NCBI GenBank assembly: GCA_964405015.1
Contig: CAYOME010000001.1
Location: forward strand, 165,584 to 229,583
DNA from: an uncultured Candidatus Saccharibacteria bacterium
GTDB taxonomy: Bacteria; Patescibacteriota; Dojkabacteria; SC72
Reading direction: 5' to 3'
DNA length: 64,000 bases
In this document: one piece after another, positions 1 through 9,406 of the stretch
Position numbering within the stretch: position 1 is the first letter of the stretch
Layout: the number at the start of each line of letters is the position of its first letter
Made by a program: the position numbers and the translations under genes
The notes under the pieces: model-generated
Told to the model about the DNA's origin: nothing
The model's database searches: none
Seen by the model: the letters and a program-made list of their open reading frames with translations, nothing else

Positions 1-2
1 TA

Positions 3-686
3 AAAGCAAGAAATGAATCAATTGGTTTACACTTACATATGTACAGCAAGTTAATATCTGCAGCGGGAGTAGTTGTAAACAATACAATATCTTGGGGTAG
101 CCCAACTGGAGATGGTCATGATACACCAAATACCACATATGGATATTCCGACTACATGAAGATAATTCAATGGTCGATAAATCAATTTGAAAAATATGGC
201 TTAGGAAGACCAACGATGTTCAGAGCAGGAGGTTGGTTCATTGACGAAGAGAATCTTAAAGTACTTAATGATTTAGAATTTACACTTGATTCATCTGGTA
301 GAACAGCATATATACATGGAAGAAATCAATTAAAGGGTGAATGGAATTTAAAAAATATTACACAACCATACCAACTCAATAGCACAGATCAAAATATAAC
401 TACAAATCCTAATATGAATCTTTGGGAATATCCTAACAATGGAGGAGACTCATGGGCATATACTTCTGACAAGCTAATTCAAAGATTTAAAGACAATTAC
501 TCAGGGGGTATATCTGATCAGAAAAAAGTTGTAACATATGTAACACATCCTCACTGGTTTGACAAAGAGGGACCTAATATTGAAAATACACTTAAATATA
601 TCTCCACAATGTCATACATTAGTGATAGCGGACCAGTAATATTCATATCACTTGATAATGTACACAGAGATATCGTAAAACAATAA
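3..686 (+). CDS. Hypothetical protein, 5' end likely outside the window (partial)
   Basis: The frame is open from position 3 with no upstream stop, and the first in-window ATG is at 39. The translation has no motif I can assign with confidence (a RAGGWF segment, possibly carbohydrate-active). Partial status is read directly from the sequence. Confidence 0.4.
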   Translation, partial: KARNESIGLHLHMYSKLISAAGVVVNNTISWGSPTGDGHDTPNTTYGYSDYMKIIQWSINQFEKYGLGRPTMFRAGGWFIDEENLKVLNDLEFTLDSSGRTAYIHGRNQLKGEWNLKNITQPYQLNSTDQNITTNPNMNLWEYPNNGGDSWAYTSDKLIQRFKDNYSGGISDQKKVVTYVTHPHWFDKEGPNIENTLKYISTMSYISDSGPVIFISLDNVHRDIVKQ

Positions 687-690
687 GATA

Positions 691-2832
691 ATGGATCTAA
701 CAAAACTGCTCACTGAAATTAATACCTACCTTCCAGGATATGATATTAGAATTTTCTTTCTACTTTTTTTGATTTGCACATTACTTCTTAATATAGGATT
801 GCTTTTAATTAGTAGAAAGTTCACAAAAAAGATCTGGAGTTTTCTACCCTCCTTTTTACTTCTTTTAATATATCTCTCATTTCCATTCATACTTCATTTC
901 TTTGGATATACATATGAAAGATTCCTTTCTTTAGAATATTTAAGTCTTTCTTCTACCTACTTACTTTTGCTTCTCTGCGAAATACTCTTTTTAATATTTC
1001 TCTCTTTAAGGAAAGAAGTTACCAAAATATTCTTCTGGATACAGATCTCAATTTCAATTCTTTCCTTAATATTAATACTTGTAATATCTACCTTCTCTGA
1101 ATCAAAAATATCCAGTTTAGGTGCAAACAAGGAAGGGATATTAGAAGAAGCAAGTGGGGTATCCATATATTTTTCTGTACCAATGAACAAAAAAAACCTA
1201 GATATCCATATCTCTCCAGAAACAGAGATACAAATATCATATGGATATGTACTTAATTCCTCTAAATGGATTACCAGTTTCAAAGTACAACCAAAAGAAT
1301 CATTCTTACCAAATCAAAAGGTCGTAATATATACCACAGGTATTACTAGACTCTTTCCATATGGTACTAAACATGAAAACAGCCAAGAGTTCTTTACTCC
1401 AAAAACTCCAGTATTAGAACAGGTTGTACTTGGTGCAGATATTAACAATGTTCCAATTAATGAGAAAATATATATTGATCTAGATTCTAAAGATCAACAA
1501 TTTGTAGAGTGGGAACCAATATTTGAACCTGAAGTCGAGTATGAAATTAAGAGGGATAGCTCAGAAAGGGTTGAGATTGTTCCTCTTAATTTAAAACAGG
1601 GTACACAGTACAAACTTTCTCTATATCGTAATATTATCAAATACAATACACAGACTTTAGAAAAGATATCACTTGAATCGCACGAGCTTTTAAATGAATA
1701 TTCATTTAAAACAATACCTGCTCCTGGATTAACAGGGTTTAATAGGGATAACAGATATATATCTAACAAAGAACCTCTAATACTTACCTTCGAGAGTCCA
1801 TTAAAAGAAGATTCTTTAAATGGAAAGATTAATATTAATCCACAAGTAGAAGGAGATATTTCTCTCTCTGAAGATAAAAAGCAAGTTATCTTCAAACCTA
1901 AATCAGAATTTACTAAAAATACAGAATATACCGTAACCATTGGCAAGGGAATTACCAATACAATGGGAGGATATATTGAAGAAGATATTAATATTGCATT
2001 TAAAACACCTGGTTATGTAAAATTAAGTAGTTCTAGTCCATGGAATGGTGCTAAAGATATTAATATAGCTACGAAAAGTATATCCCTAACCTTTGATCAA
2101 CCAGTTAACAAAGAGAGTGTAGAAAAACTCTGGAGCATATCTCCAAGTATAAATGGTTCATTCTCTTGGAAAGATAATACGGTGTATTACACTCTTGAAG
2201 GTAATCTTGGATATGGTACTAAATATACCGTTACTCTTCCTGCAGGTGTTGTATCTATATATGGTTTAAACTCTGCTTTTCCAATATCATTTTCATTTAC
2301 TACTAAGCACGAAACAGTACGTTTGAATGTACCTCAATATTACCAAAGTGAATCATTCACTTGTAATCTTGCTGCTACAAGGATGGTACTAGCATACAAG
2401 GGTATATCTAGTTCCGAAGGAGGAATTAGAGATTCTATTGGTATAGGGGAAAATCCACTCTCCTCATGGGTCAATGGATACGGAGTTCACGCAGGTCCAA
2501 TATCTTCATATATTTCTTCAAGAGGAGTAAGTAACAGTGTAAGAAGTGGAATGAGTCTTACAAGTGCCCTACAGGAAGTTAAGGAAGGTCATCCTGTACT
2601 AGTGTATGTATACAATGGATATTCACAACCATATGGAGCATTTGAATTACCTGGGGGATTTACAGGTTACAAAGGTATGCACTCCGAAGTAATTGTAGGA
2701 TACGTAGGTAAACCAGAATCTCCAATATCTATATATACCAATGATCCATGGAGAGGACCAAGGACATATACCCCAGGAGCTTTCTTAAGTAAATGGGCAT
2801 ATCTTGGATATACAGGTATAGTGATTTACTAA
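691..2832 (+). CDS. Polytopic membrane protein with bacterial Ig-like repeats and a C-terminal papain-like (peptidase C39-like) domain
   Basis: The 713-aa ORF begins with about five hydrophobic helices, followed by a repetitive beta-rich region. The C-terminal segment YYQSESFTCNLAATRMVLAYKG ... GMHSEVIVGY fits the Cys...His arrangement of the C39_2-like papain fold. The call rests on motif similarity only. Confidence 0.5.
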   Translation: MDLTKLLTEINTYLPGYDIRIFFLLFLICTLLLNIGLLLISRKFTKKIWSFLPSFLLLLIYLSFPFILHFFGYTYERFLSLEYLSLSSTYLLLLLCEILFLIFLSLRKEVTKIFFWIQISISILSLILILVISTFSESKISSLGANKEGILEEASGVSIYFSVPMNKKNLDIHISPETEIQISYGYVLNSSKWITSFKVQPKESFLPNQKVVIYTTGITRLFPYGTKHENSQEFFTPKTPVLEQVVLGADINNVPINEKIYIDLDSKDQQFVEWEPIFEPEVEYEIKRDSSERVEIVPLNLKQGTQYKLSLYRNIIKYNTQTLEKISLESHELLNEYSFKTIPAPGLTGFNRDNRYISNKEPLILTFESPLKEDSLNGKININPQVEGDISLSEDKKQVIFKPKSEFTKNTEYTVTIGKGITNTMGGYIEEDINIAFKTPGYVKLSSSSPWNGAKDINIATKSISLTFDQPVNKESVEKLWSISPSINGSFSWKDNTVYYTLEGNLGYGTKYTVTLPAGVVSIYGLNSAFPISFSFTTKHETVRLNVPQYYQSESFTCNLAATRMVLAYKGISSSEGGIRDSIGIGENPLSSWVNGYGVHAGPISSYISSRGVSNSVRSGMSLTSALQEVKEGHPVLVYVYNGYSQPYGAFELPGGFTGYKGMHSEVIVGYVGKPESPISIYTNDPWRGPRTYTPGAFLSKWAYLGYTGIVIY

Positions 2833-2878
2833 GATATCTTGCAAATATACCCAAACTATCTTAAAATTCACCATCCAT

Positions 2879-2962
2879 GCCGAGATGGCGGAACAGGCAG
2901 ACGCGCGGGACTTAAAATCCCGTTCTAGAAATAGAGTGGGGGTTCGATTCCCCCTCTCGGCA
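2879..2962 (+). tRNA. tRNA-Leu (anticodon TAA)
   Basis: Cloverleaf read by hand. The acceptor stem is GCCGAGA paired with TCTCGGC, discriminator A. The anticodon loop is CTTAAAA with anticodon TAA. A long variable arm is typical of a class II Leu tRNA, the T-loop is GGTTCGATTCC, and no CCA is encoded. Confidence 0.85.
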
Positions 2963-3021
2963 GATATCCCTTTAAAATAGTACTTCTTTGATATATAATC
3001 TTCTCAGTTAATTGACTATGT

Positions 3022-3393
3022 ATGATAATGAGCGAAATCACTGAGATCAAAAGAGAAGTCCAAGAAGAAATAATCGGAAGATATTTACGATCGATTGATA
3101 GAGAAGACCTCGTGATTCCACCAACGGAAGGCTGGGCAATACTTGAGGGAGAAGCGATTGCCGCCTATTATTGTAGAGATGGTATTCACAAATTTATCAG
3201 AGGTGAAAAAGTTGTTATCCTTGCCCATAATAGTATTGTATTTGAGATAATATCAAATATATATCCCCATGTAGTCGATGATGAAAAAGTTGGAGAAATT
3301 TGCTTAGTTCAATCCACTGCAACCTGGGATCCATATAAAGAATATCCAGAGACAGAAAATAAAGAATTTTTAGAGATACCAAGAGATTTTTAA
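3022..3393 (+). CDS. Hypothetical protein, paralog A of a tandem pair
   Basis: 123-aa ORF. Its C-terminal block NIYPHVVDDEKVGEICLV and a PTEGWA segment are shared with the next ORF. I recognise no known domain. Confidence 0.45.
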   Translation: MIMSEITEIKREVQEEIIGRYLRSIDREDLVIPPTEGWAILEGEAIAAYYCRDGIHKFIRGEKVVILAHNSIVFEIISNIYPHVVDDEKVGEICLVQSTATWDPYKEYPETENKEFLEIPRDF

Positions 3394-3395
3394 TA

Positions 3396-3746
3396 ATGAC
3401 AGATCCTACTCAAAGTACAATATTCAATACAGAAGAATCTTCCATTGACCCTATTAAAGCTCATATCCTCGACCATTTTCTAGCTGGAATAAATGAAGGA
3501 AACAGCCCTATCCCTGAAGGAGAAAATTGGGCATATGTACCAATAACAGAATATGGTATAGGTTTTCATTATACTACAGAGACAACAGTTACATACCAAA
3601 ATTCAGATAACCCTACAGAAACTTTGTTGACAATGCCAGATGGAAGTACATGGATAGTATTCTCTGAGATAATTCCTAATATCGTTGATGATGTAAAAGT
3701 AGGTGAAATATGCTTAGTAATTAGCAATGATCTTAAAAGAAGATAG
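3396..3746 (+). CDS. Hypothetical protein, paralog B of a tandem pair
   Basis: 116-aa ORF starting 2 nt after the previous gene. It shares the PEGENWA and IIPNIVDDVKVGEICLV blocks with paralog A. Confidence 0.45.
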   Translation: MTDPTQSTIFNTEESSIDPIKAHILDHFLAGINEGNSPIPEGENWAYVPITEYGIGFHYTTETTVTYQNSDNPTETLLTMPDGSTWIVFSEIIPNIVDDVKVGEICLVISNDLKRR

Positions 3747-3749
3747 CTA

Positions 3750-3995
3750 CTAATCAGCATCCTCAAATAAATCTGGATTTTCATTACCACACTTAGGACA
3801 CTTCTTTAACTCCTTTACACCCTCATAAAGATAACCACAATTTAAACACTTCCATCTTAACCACCTGCTATCTAAATCCTCTGGATTACCATCATTACTC
3901 TGTTGAGGTGTATTAACAGGTGATACATGCTCTGTAGGATCTACAGTAGTAGTATCATCATTAATATTTGTATTACTCTTTGATATATCCTCCAT
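3750..3995 (-). CDS. Small zinc-ribbon protein (CxxC-x13-CPxCG) with an acidic N-terminal region
   Basis: 81-aa ORF ending WKCLNCGYLYEGVKELKKCPKCGNENP. The motif resembles a rubredoxin knuckle, but the spacing between Cys pairs is too short for a true rubredoxin. It overlaps the upstream gene by 23 nt. Confidence 0.45.
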   Translation of the reverse strand: MEDISKSNTNINDDTTTVDPTEHVSPVNTPQQSNDGNPEDLDSRWLRWKCLNCGYLYEGVKELKKCPKCGNENPDLFEDAD

Positions 3996-4563
3996 CCTTT
4001 AATTTCTCTAAAATTAAATTAAAAGTCTCTTCCTCATTAAGATTTGAAGTATCCAAAACGATATCGTAGTAATCTAAAGGACGACCATATTTAACACCAT
4101 ACAACCTCATATATTTCTCCATATCAATCTTGTATCTTCTCTTAAGATCTCTTTTAACCTTCCAATTACTAAATATATTAGGCTTAATATTCTCTTTTAA
4201 CAACATCCTTTTAACTCTAGTATTCATATTACTCTCCAACCAAATACTCGCGGTATGATCAATACCCTCATTTTTAGCTATTGCTCCAAAGACCTTACTC
4301 TCTATCAATACATTCCCTTTCTTTGCATACTCTCTAAGTAATTGATCAATCTCTAAATCTAAGGAATTACCACCATTAGAAGATTCTTGTAAAAACTCTT
4401 CAAAAGACTCAATCTCTTCCTTCTTTGCTTCCTTTCTAAAAAGATCTCCAGCATATATACGAGGAATATTAAAATGCTTAGCTAACATATTAGAAATAGT
4501 GGAACTACCTGATCCACCAGGACCTCCTACAATTAACAAAATACCTTTACTTTTTTGTTTCAT
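3973..4563 (-). CDS. cmk: Cytidylate kinase, archaeal type (Cytidylate_kin2 family)
   Basis: P-loop GGPGGSGSST. The overall pattern matches the short archaeal-type CMP kinases (LAKHF..P...AGDLFR, NVLIES, IWL.S....R, RY...YG.KYG, YDIVLDTS), at about 196 aa. Confidence 0.6.
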   Translation of the reverse strand: MKQKSKGILLIVGGPGGSGSSTISNMLAKHFNIPRIYAGDLFRKEAKKEEIESFEEFLQESSNGGNSLDLEIDQLLREYAKKGNVLIESKVFGAIAKNEGIDHTASIWLESNMNTRVKRMLLKENIKPNIFSNWKVKRDLKRRYKIDMEKYMRLYGVKYGRPLDYYDIVLDTSNLNEEETFNLILEKLKDGGYIKE

Positions 4564-4595
4564 ATATGAATATATAGTATATTAGTATACGAACA

Positions 4596-5780
4596 ATGTC
4601 GAGAAAAATACTCAAAAGAAGAACACAAAACAGTGATAGAAAATCTCCAGATAAAGGGATTCTTGTATTCCTGTTAATAATGGCAATCTTTGGAGCTATA
4701 ATGATATACGACGCTAGTGTATATCAAGCAAATCAAATATTTAAAGACCAATTTTACTTCCTTAAATCTCAACTAATATGGCTCGTATTAGGAAGCATTC
4801 CAGCATTCATCTTTTACATAATTGATTACAGGAAATTACTCAAACTAGCTTTACCAGCATTAATAGTTACAATCGTACTATTAATTCTTGTATTAATATT
4901 CGGAGACGCTATTAATGGCTCCAAAAGATGGTTTCAGATAGGGCCACTACCACCAATACAACCAGCTGAATTTGCAAAGATAGTAATTGTCATGTACCTA
5001 GCTAGTTGGTTAGCTAAAAAGGATTACAAATATACAAAATTTGAAGAAGCTCTTAAAAAAGGATTCCTTAGTAACCTACTAGGATTTCTTGCAATACTTG
5101 GTACAGTTGCGATATTAGTACTCCTAGAACCAGATTTGGGAACTACAATGATAATTTGTGTTACTGCGTTTGGAATGTTCTTTGTTTCAGGTAAAGACAA
5201 AGCACATACAGTAGGATCCCTTGGGGTATTACTTCTTTTCGTTCCAATAGCGATATTAGCCGCAATACTTGAACCATATAGGTTAAAGAGGGTTCAAACA
5301 TTTCTTAACTTAATGCTAACAGGTGAAGTAGCAGATCCAAGAGGAACAGGATATCAAATGCAACAAATATTGATAGGTATAGGATCTGGTGGATTCTGGG
5401 GTAAAGGGTTTGGTCAATCAAGACAAAGATTTGGATATTTAGTAGAAAACACAGCCTTTACCGATTCAATCTTTGCGGTGGTATTAGAAGAACTAGGACT
5501 CTGGGGAGGAGCGATAATTGTATTTTCATGGATATTCTTCCTCTGGAGAGGTTTTAAAATCGCTATGAATGCAATAGACAAAGAAGGACAATTACTTGCA
5601 ACAGGTATTACAATATGGCTAACATGCCAAGCTTTCTTTAATATGGCTGCTAATGTAGGATTAATACCACTAACAGGAATACCACTACCATTCCTAACAT
5701 ATGGTGGATCTAGTACAATAGTGACATTGATAGCCTTTGGACTTCTTTTAAATGTCAGTAGATATGCAAAAAATACATAA
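4596..5780 (+). CDS. ftsW: SEDS-family peptidoglycan polymerase FtsW/RodA
   Basis: 394-aa multi-pass membrane protein with the conserved FtsW/RodA C-terminal block PLTGIPLPFLTYGGSSTIV. It sits immediately upstream of murG. Confidence 0.85.
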   Translation: MSRKILKRRTQNSDRKSPDKGILVFLLIMAIFGAIMIYDASVYQANQIFKDQFYFLKSQLIWLVLGSIPAFIFYIIDYRKLLKLALPALIVTIVLLILVLIFGDAINGSKRWFQIGPLPPIQPAEFAKIVIVMYLASWLAKKDYKYTKFEEALKKGFLSNLLGFLAILGTVAILVLLEPDLGTTMIICVTAFGMFFVSGKDKAHTVGSLGVLLLFVPIAILAAILEPYRLKRVQTFLNLMLTGEVADPRGTGYQMQQILIGIGSGGFWGKGFGQSRQRFGYLVENTAFTDSIFAVVLEELGLWGGAIIVFSWIFFLWRGFKIAMNAIDKEGQLLATGITIWLTCQAFFNMAANVGLIPLTGIPLPFLTYGGSSTIVTLIAFGLLLNVSRYAKNT

Positions 5781-6960
5781 CAAGAAAATATTAATAACTG
5801 GTGGTGGAAGTGGAGGACACCTTTCTAGTGCCAATGCATTAATAGATTCGCTTCTTAATGATTACATGTTTTCTCCTGAAAACATAATATACGTTGGAGG
5901 TGATTTAGGAATGGAAGGAGAGAAACCTGGAAATTCTCTTGAGCAAAAACAAATGATAAACAAACCGTACAAGGTATATTTCATAAGGGCAGGTAAATTA
6001 CAAAGAAGAATATCCTTTAATTCAATCCGATTGCTACTTAGAACAATATTAGGTTTTGTAGATAGTTCAAAGATATTTTTGAAAGAGAAACCCGACCTTG
6101 TCATATCAACAGGAGGTTTTGTATCCGTACCAGTATGTATATTAAGTTGGATACACAAAACCCCAATATTCCTACATGAACAAACTGCATCAGTAGGGCT
6201 TGCAAACAAAATAGTTGGTAAAATATCTAAAAAAATATATGTTTCTTTCAAAGACTCTCTTAAATATTTTCCACCATCGAAAGTACTGCATGTGGGAAAC
6301 AATATTAGAAAAACAATATTTATGAAAGAAGTTACAGGAGATACAAACAAGGATATTGTTGAAATCTTCAAACAATCAAAAGAGTATCCTGTCATATATC
6401 TCTCTGGAGGTAGTCTAGGATCACATACACTTAATCAAAAGGTTCTCTCATCATTAGGTGATATCGTGAAAGAATATTGCGTAATACTTCAAACAGGTGA
6501 TAATCAACAAACAAATGATTTTGAATATGCCGTTGGGAAGAAATTTGAATTAGAAAAAGATCTTGCTAAAAGATTCCTACCTGTTAAATATGTAGATCAA
6601 GAAAGTATAGGATATGTCCTTAACAATATGCATTTGTTCATTGGTAGATCAGGAGCAAATACGGTATATGAGATAGGGGTGTTAAAAAAACATGCCCTCT
6701 TTGTCCCAATCCCCTGGGTTACTCATAATGAACAATATTTAAATGCTAAAGTTTTAGAAAATGTTGGTACAGCTAAAATACTGGAAGAGAAGTACTTAGA
6801 GAGTACAAATATGCTTGAAGAAATTAAAAGATTTGAAGAGCAAATTAAATTAAGAGATATCGATTACAAGAAATTGGACGAGCTCTTTCCAATGAATGCT
6901 ACATCTAAAATGTTAGATGATATCTTTAAAAATGAAGATAGAGGAGAACAAAAGTCTTAA
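5752..6960 (+). CDS. murG: UDP-N-acetylglucosamine--N-acetylmuramyl-(pentapeptide)-pyrophosphoryl-undecaprenol GlcNAc transferase MurG
   Basis: The N-terminal glycine loop ILITGGGSGGH and a GT28-like two-domain length are present. The gene position follows ftsW. The start may be the downstream Met at 5764. Confidence 0.85.
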   Translation: MSVDMQKIHNKKILITGGGSGGHLSSANALIDSLLNDYMFSPENIIYVGGDLGMEGEKPGNSLEQKQMINKPYKVYFIRAGKLQRRISFNSIRLLLRTILGFVDSSKIFLKEKPDLVISTGGFVSVPVCILSWIHKTPIFLHEQTASVGLANKIVGKISKKIYVSFKDSLKYFPPSKVLHVGNNIRKTIFMKEVTGDTNKDIVEIFKQSKEYPVIYLSGGSLGSHTLNQKVLSSLGDIVKEYCVILQTGDNQQTNDFEYAVGKKFELEKDLAKRFLPVKYVDQESIGYVLNNMHLFIGRSGANTVYEIGVLKKHALFVPIPWVTHNEQYLNAKVLENVGTAKILEEKYLESTNMLEEIKRFEEQIKLRDIDYKKLDELFPMNATSKMLDDIFKNEDRGEQKS

Positions 6961-7519
6961 AGAGTATAATCAATTTGGCATTGATGTAAAGGCAAAATAC
7001 TTTGTAACAATATCCAATATTGAACAACTTAAGGATGTACTTACTTCAGAATATTCGAAAGGGAATGTCTTAATTTTGGGAGAAGGTAACAATATTCTCT
7101 TTACAAAAGATTTCGAGGGCCTAGTAATTCAACCAAATATTAAAGGGAAAAAGATCATAGAGGAAAATAATGAAAATATCTTTGTAGAAGTGTCATGTGG
7201 AGAGAATTGGGATGATTTCGTTAAATGGGCAGTAGAGAACCACTACCAAGGAATTGAAAACCTCATCTTAATTCCAAGCAGTATTGGTGGAGCTGTATCT
7301 CAAAATATTGCGGCATATGGTCAAAACATAATGGATGTTGTTACAAAGGTATATGCTACTGAAATAGCTACTGGAAAAGAAAAGATCTTCGAATATGAAG
7401 AATGTGAGTTTAGATACAGAGAAAGCATCATTAAAGATGCGGACAGTATTAAGAGAGCACATCCTCATTTTGTAGAAAATCTACAAAAGCTTGGTGCAAA
7501 TATAGAGTGGGTTGATTAA
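6917..7519 (+). CDS. murB: MurB-like UDP-N-acetylenolpyruvoylglucosamine reductase, FAD-binding domain only (C-terminal substrate domain absent)
   Basis: The region VLILGEGNNILF ... GIENLILIPSSIGGAVSQNIAAYGQ ... CEFRYRESI matches the N-terminal FAD-binding half of MurB. The ORF stops after about 200 aa, where the substrate-binding domain would begin, and only about 200 bp of non-coding DNA follow. Confidence 0.6.
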   Translation: MISLKMKIEENKSLKEYNQFGIDVKAKYFVTISNIEQLKDVLTSEYSKGNVLILGEGNNILFTKDFEGLVIQPNIKGKKIIEENNENIFVEVSCGENWDDFVKWAVENHYQGIENLILIPSSIGGAVSQNIAAYGQNIMDVVTKVYATEIATGKEKIFEYEECEFRYRESIIKDADSIKRAHPHFVENLQKLGANIEWVD

Positions 7520-7532
7520 ACTACACAGGAAT

Positions 7533-7566
7533 GTATAAGTAGCTTATATAAGCCTTCTTTTTTGTT
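7533..7566 (+). terminator. Possible intrinsic terminator after murB'
   Basis: AT-rich palindromes TATAAGtagCTTATA and GCTTATATAAGC are followed by CTTCTTTTTTG. The stems are weak, so confidence is low. Confidence 0.3.
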
Positions 7567-7727
7567 TGTACATATATTCCCCCTATCAGGTATAAACACT
7601 TTTTTGTGAACACTGAATAAATATCTCCATAGATAAATGATTTTACTTAATAAGAAATACCTTGTAGTATTTCTCTCTTGACCACATTCGTACCAAATGA
7701 TACATTAATGGCAGGAAGTGGTAAAAA

Positions 7728-8192
7728 GTGGTGAAAGATGATATACATATAAATATGATAATTGGAGAATACAGAAGCAAAATAGGAGAAAAGAAAAGAG
7801 TTTCACTTCCAAAGAAATTTAGAGATGAACTAGGAGAAGAAATAATATTAACAAGAGGATATGAGGATTCATTGATAATTGTTAATAAGCAGATGTGGAG
7901 CAAAATAGCAGGGGAAGTAGTTAATGGCTCTTTTATAAACAAAAATATTCGTGATACAAGTAGATTCCTAGTAGGAGGAGCAACAGAAATCTCCATAGAT
8001 AAACAGGGTAGATTTTTAATACCAGAAGCACTCTTTGAACATGCCAATCTAAAACAAGATGTCGTATTCATAGGGTTAGTAAATTGGATAGAGGTATGGG
8101 ATAAAGAGAAATGGGATGAAAGATTACAATACCTTAAATCTAATGGAGAAGAGATTGCTAACGAATTAAGTAAGATGGAAGAGAAGAAATAA
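7728..8192 (+). CDS. mraZ: Division/cell-wall cluster transcriptional regulator MraZ
   Basis: 154 aa with two MraZ half-domains (KKRVSLPKKFRDEL and DKQGRFLIPEALFE). Its stop overlaps the rsmH start by 1 nt. Confidence 0.85.
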   Translation: MVKDDIHINMIIGEYRSKIGEKKRVSLPKKFRDELGEEIILTRGYEDSLIIVNKQMWSKIAGEVVNGSFINKNIRDTSRFLVGGATEISIDKQGRFLIPEALFEHANLKQDVVFIGLVNWIEVWDKEKWDERLQYLKSNGEEIANELSKMEEKK

Positions 8193-9079
8193 TGGAGAAA
8201 ATACACGTACCAGTACTACTAAAAGAAACAATAGACTCATTAAATATATCACCAAGTGGATTTTACATAGACTGTACCCTTGGAGATGGAGGACATAGCT
8301 TTGAAATATACTCCAGACTTAATAGCGACGGACTACTACTTAGTATTGATCAAGATCAACATGCAATTGATTTTGTAAATGAATACTACAAGGGAAAGAT
8401 TGGAGAAAATTGGAAGATCGAAAGAAGTAATTTCTCAAAAATATCCCAAGTAGCTAATAAATATGAAAGAAAAGCAGATGGAATCTTAATGGATTTAGGT
8501 CTTTCATCGAGACAACTAGAAGAATCGTACAACAGGGGCTTTAGCTATTTAGAAGATGACGAACCACTAGATATGAGAATGGATGAAAATCTTGGTGTTA
8601 AGGCTAAGGACTTGCTAATTGTATTACCAGAGAAAGAATTAACAAGACTTTTCTTAACCTATGGAGAGGAAAGATTTGCAAGAAAAATAGCAGTTGAGAT
8701 TAAGAAAAATATTACGAATATAAACACGGTTGGAGATCTTACAAGACTTGTCTATAGAGTTGTGCCGGCAGCTCATCAAAGTTCTAAGAACCCATCCCGC
8801 AGGGTCTTTCAGGCCCTGCGGATTGCGGTAAACGATGAACTTAATAGCCTAAAGGATGGTCTAGACAATTCCTTTGAGATCTTAAACACAAATGGTCGGA
8901 TATCAGTGATAACCTTCCATTCATTAGAAGATCGAATTGTTAAAGAATACTTTAACAATATTGTAGATAGCGGAAGAGGGATTCTTCTTTACGAAAATAT
9001 AATAGCCCCAACCGACATAGAGATAGAGGAGAATCCTAGATCCGCATCTGCAAAATTAAGAACAGTAATTAAAAAATAA
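8192..9079 (+). CDS. rsmH: 16S rRNA (cytosine1402-N4)-methyltransferase RsmH (MraW)
   Basis: HVPVLLKETIDSL, DCTLGDGGHS and MDLGLSS motifs are present. The gene has the canonical position after mraZ. Confidence 0.9.
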   Translation: MEKIHVPVLLKETIDSLNISPSGFYIDCTLGDGGHSFEIYSRLNSDGLLLSIDQDQHAIDFVNEYYKGKIGENWKIERSNFSKISQVANKYERKADGILMDLGLSSRQLEESYNRGFSYLEDDEPLDMRMDENLGVKAKDLLIVLPEKELTRLFLTYGEERFARKIAVEIKKNITNINTVGDLTRLVYRVVPAAHQSSKNPSRRVFQALRIAVNDELNSLKDGLDNSFEILNTNGRISVITFHSLEDRIVKEYFNNIVDSGRGILLYENIIAPTDIEIEENPRSASAKLRTVIKK

Positions 9080-9097
9080 TATATACTAACTGCCCAA

Positions 9098-9406
9098 ATG
9101 AATAGCACTAGAAAAACAAATATTACAACTAAGATATTCATTCTAACCCTTTTACTTTTTGGTATTTCCCAATTAGTAATGAATTCAGTTTTAACCCCAC
9201 TAGGTGTTAAATTACAATCCCTAAACACAGAGAAAGAGCACCTACTTGAAGAGAATAGAGGGATATCAGAAGAGATAGCAAAAAACAGCTCCATTAGAGT
9301 AATTGAAAACCTCTCAGAGAAGAAATTAGATATTACTCAGGACAAACAACAAACAGTAGTATATATTGAAGACACTACACTTGTTGCTAATAGAAATAAT
9401 GAGTAA
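9098..9406 (+). CDS. ftsL: FtsL-like small bitopic cell-division protein
   Basis: 102 aa with a single N-terminal TM helix followed by a coiled-coil-like region. It lies between rsmH and ftsI, so the call is from position and topology. Confidence 0.55.
   Translation: MNSTRKTNITTKIFILTLLLFGISQLVMNSVLTPLGVKLQSLNTEKEHLLEENRGISEEIAKNSSIRVIENLSEKKLDITQDKQQTVVYIEDTTLVANRNNE

Noticed and set aside
957-1958. Antisense ORFs inside the 713-aa membrane protein gene (957..1283, 1494..1958)
   Set aside because: They are low-complexity antisense translations nested in a well-supported plus-strand gene.
3750-3995. Rubredoxin
   Set aside because: The two Cys pairs are present, but the spacing (13 residues) is much shorter than in rubredoxins, which have about 28, and the aromatic core residues are missing. 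I call it a generic zinc ribbon.
5862-6395. Minus-strand ORFs inside murG
   Set aside because: They overlap a confidently identified gene and have no motifs.
7678-7727. mraZ promoter (TTGACC...TACATT)
   Set aside because: The -35 element is good but the -10 is poor (3/6 match), and I could not see the MraZ-box direct repeats clearly. I did not list it as a feature.
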